Assembly (NCBI GenBank): GCA_963667725.2
Contig: CAXXHO010000005.1
Span: 96,001-160,000, forward strand
Direction: 5' to 3'
Length of the DNA: 64,000 nucleotides
From: Treponemataceae bacterium
Lineage (GTDB): Bacteria > Spirochaetota > Spirochaetia > Treponematales > Rectinemataceae
Below, one piece after another: positions 61,718 to 64,000 of this stretch. Under the pieces are notes generated by a model. It was not told the DNA's origin and did no database searches. It worked only from the letters and a program-made list of their open reading frames with translations. The translations under genes were made by a program, and so were the position numbers. Numbering within the stretch: position 1 is the first letter of the stretch; each line of letters opens with the position of its first letter.

Positions 61718-61752
61718 ACAAAGGGGCTCTCATTGGAGAGTCCCTTTGTTTT
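61718..61752 (+). terminator. Intrinsic terminator of the OMP/TonB operon
   Basis: ACAAAGGGGCTCTC-ATTG-GAGAGTCCCTTTGT followed by TTT. Confidence 0.8.
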
Positions 61753-61856
61753 CTGCTGCCAATTCCGATACGGAACAACACCCTGTAGGTGGGCCCTCCG
61801 GAGTGCCTTTGGCACCCAGGGGTCACTGAAGAGGCGGGTTTCACCAGGGAAGGCAT

Positions 61857-63044
61857 TGATACCAGCTAGCTTTCAAAAGGGTTCTAATATCCAATCGCGT
61901 CCGGCGAGGCGTTTAATACAGACTTGCATTCTTTAAGGTTTAAATGATCCTTGTCTCAAGGGAGGCCAGGATGCGACCACCGATTCCCATCAGCCAGGCG
62001 CGAATAGAAGAACTTGTGGGATTCCGGAAGGCCAAATGGTCCGGCTTCGAGTTTCAGTGATTTCTTTGTGTATGGCTGCGAGTAGAGCGGGCGCAGACCC
62101 CCGAGCAAATCGCCACGACGCTGGGCTGGCACGTGAACACTGTCCGCGCCACACAGCAGGACTTTGCTCGATCCGGCATCGAGGCGCTGAAAGAGAAACC
62201 TCGTGGGGGGCGCTTCCATGCGGCGATGACCTTGCAGGAAGAGGCCGAGTTCCTCAGCGGATTTGCGAGCAGGGCTGGCGAAGGTTCGATCCTCGTCGTC
62301 CGAGAGGTATGGCAGGCGCTTGAGGGTCGGCTGGGGCGCAAGGTCGCCGAATCCACGGTCTATCGACTCCTCGCGCGTCACGGGTGGCGCAAGATCGTGC
62401 CGCGCCCATTCCACCCCAAGCGCGATCCCGAGAAAGCCGAGGCGTTCAAAAAGGGGGCTACGCACAGCGGGTCAAGGCCACAGCGGAAAGGGCCGCCGCC
62501 AAAGGCCTCGCGCTGAGAGTCTGCTTCCAGGACGAGGCGCGGATCGGACGGATGAATGATCCGAAGGCCTGCTGGGTACCTCGCGGGGTCCGTCCTGCCG
62601 TAGGTGCGCAACTGGTTCGGGAGTTCCTGTATGTGTTCGGAGCCATCAGCCCAGTCGACGGTTGCCACGACAGCCTAATCCTCCCCGCTGCCAACACCCT
62701 GTGCATGAACCACTTCCTGGCTGAGTTGCGATCACGCCACCCGAGCGACTACATCCTGGCGGTTCTCGATGGCGCTGGGTGGCACAAGTCGAAGGAACTG
62801 GTGATCCCCGAATCAATGGAGCTGGGCCCACTGCCGCCATATTGTCCTGATCTCAATCCAGAGGAGCAGGTATGGGACGAACTTCGAGAGAAGGCGTTCG
62901 GAAACTGTGTGTTCGACTCTCTGGAAGCCGTGACTGACGTCGGGGCCGACGGCCTCAGAAGGATCGAGTCGAACCCGGAAGCCCCTAAACGCCTCACCGG
63001 ACGCGATTGTATATTAGAACCCTTTTGAAAGCTGGTTGGTATCA
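61857..63044 (+). mobile_element. IS630-family insertion sequence with 59-bp terminal inverted repeats
   Basis: 61857-61915 matches the reverse complement of 62986-63044 at 55/59 by manual alignment; TA at 61860 and 63040; encloses HTH and DDE ORFs. Confidence 0.88.
61971..63028 (+). pseudogene. IS630 transposase (orfA/orfB, -1 frameshift type) with premature TGA
   Basis: orfA from ATG 61971 is interrupted by TGA 62058-62060; AAAAAGGGGG slippery site near 62448-62457; orfB has FQDEARIG, LDGAGWH and LPPYCPDLNPEEQVW. Confidence 0.85.
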
Positions 63045-64000
63045 GATGCCGCTTCAGACTGTAGCCGAGCTTGCGAGTCCCGCTGATGAGCACGCGACTG
63101 CGTGCCTCCGGGATCCCGTGCCCCTTGTGGCGCTTGTCCACAAAGGTGTAGGCCGGGACCTTGCCCGTCAGCCACTCCACCTGGTCCAGTTGGCCATCCA
63201 GCGTGTGCCCATCGTAGGGATTGCCGGGGCAAGCCTGGATGCCCACCACGAAGCCTTCCCTGAGGGTCACGGCCAGGCTCACCTTGACGCCAAATGCGTA
63301 GGGCTTGTGGGCCTTCCCCTTCGCGATGCATTCCACCTCCGGCGCCGAGAGGCTGTAGACCTTGCCTTTGGTGGTGCGCTTCTGGGTGAGGATCAGCTCC
63401 GAGAGCAGCATCGTCACCTTGTGGACCCGGAAGGCCGCATCGGACAGCTTGCGCTCTCCAGGTATCGGACACGATGTGTCCTCCTGCTCGTTGCACTCGC
63501 AGACGCGGAGCCTCCATCCCGCACCACGCGCCCCGTCATGGTCTTCAGGCTCTTCAGGATCTTCCTAGCGCTTGAACTGCTTGGCCTTCGCGCAGCCACC
63601 GTGCTTCTGGAAGGCCCGTGCCATCAGCTTCCGGTAGCACTGCCGAAGCTCCAGTCCCTTCGCCTCCGCGATCCGCAGCATCGCCGCGTGGACCTTGCGA
63701 TACAGCCGCGCATCCGTTGGATGCTGGACGGCCTTGGGCTGCACGGTCGTGTCCACGATGACCTTCTCGAGGCTGCGCTCCGTGATGGTCTTCGTGGCCT
63801 TGCCTGCCTCGATGGTGATCTGGAGCAGCTTCTCCACGCCCTTCTCACCGATCCGCTGCCGCCAGCGCGTCATCTGGCACGGATGGATCGGCAGGGAATG
63901 GCGGAAGAACTCCTCACCGCAGAAGAACTGTCAGTAGGGGTTCTCGACCCACCGCCCCACCACCTGCTCGTCCGAGAGATTGAAGGTGTGCTTGAGGAGC
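63045..64000 (-). pseudogene. IS5-family transposase remnant, 5'-partial and 3'-truncated by IS630
   Basis: ENPY*QFFCGEEFF, TRWRQRIG, VDTTVQPK..PTDARL, KVYSL.APEVECIAKGKAHKPY.FGVK and GNPYDGHTL; contains stops and frameshifts. Confidence 0.88.

Noticed and set aside
62058..63933. In-frame TGA codons in both transposases as recoding or an alternative genetic code
   Set aside because: TGA is a normal stop in many genes here, and the elements show other signs of decay

Overview
The window is bacterial and appears to be two unrelated segments joined at about 30000/30001, where two convergent genes both lose their conserved C-termini. Left segment (1-30000): a co-oriented Wzx/Wzy-type surface-polysaccharide cluster. 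It has an SLBB export protein, Wzz, two heparinase II/III plus bi-domain oxidoreductase pairs, asnB, a deacetylase-methyltransferase-flippase fusion, Wzy/ligase, GT4s, a FemAB/GNAT protein and a PglC/D/E/F-like block. Two toxin-antitoxin modules and a truncated UDP-sugar 6-dehydrogenase follow. Right segment (30001-64000): housekeeping DNA whose style suggests Acidobacteriota/Holophagae (inference only). It has a truncated DUF2891 gene, tRNA-Ser(CGA), PilZ, pepD, an archaeal-type gatE-gatD operon, a PAS hybrid kinase with a response regulator, mreB-mreC-mreD-mrdA-rodA-ligA and a DEDD exonuclease. After these come a coupled GNAT/acyltransferase/ureohydrolase operon, a CYTH protein, a RomR-like regulator, an OMP/TonB-receptor/OMP locus and decayed IS630 and IS5 elements. 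Most interesting: bacterial GatDE, the possible aminolipid operon, the three-domain flippase fusion and the junction itself. All family calls come from reading motifs by eye; no database search was run.
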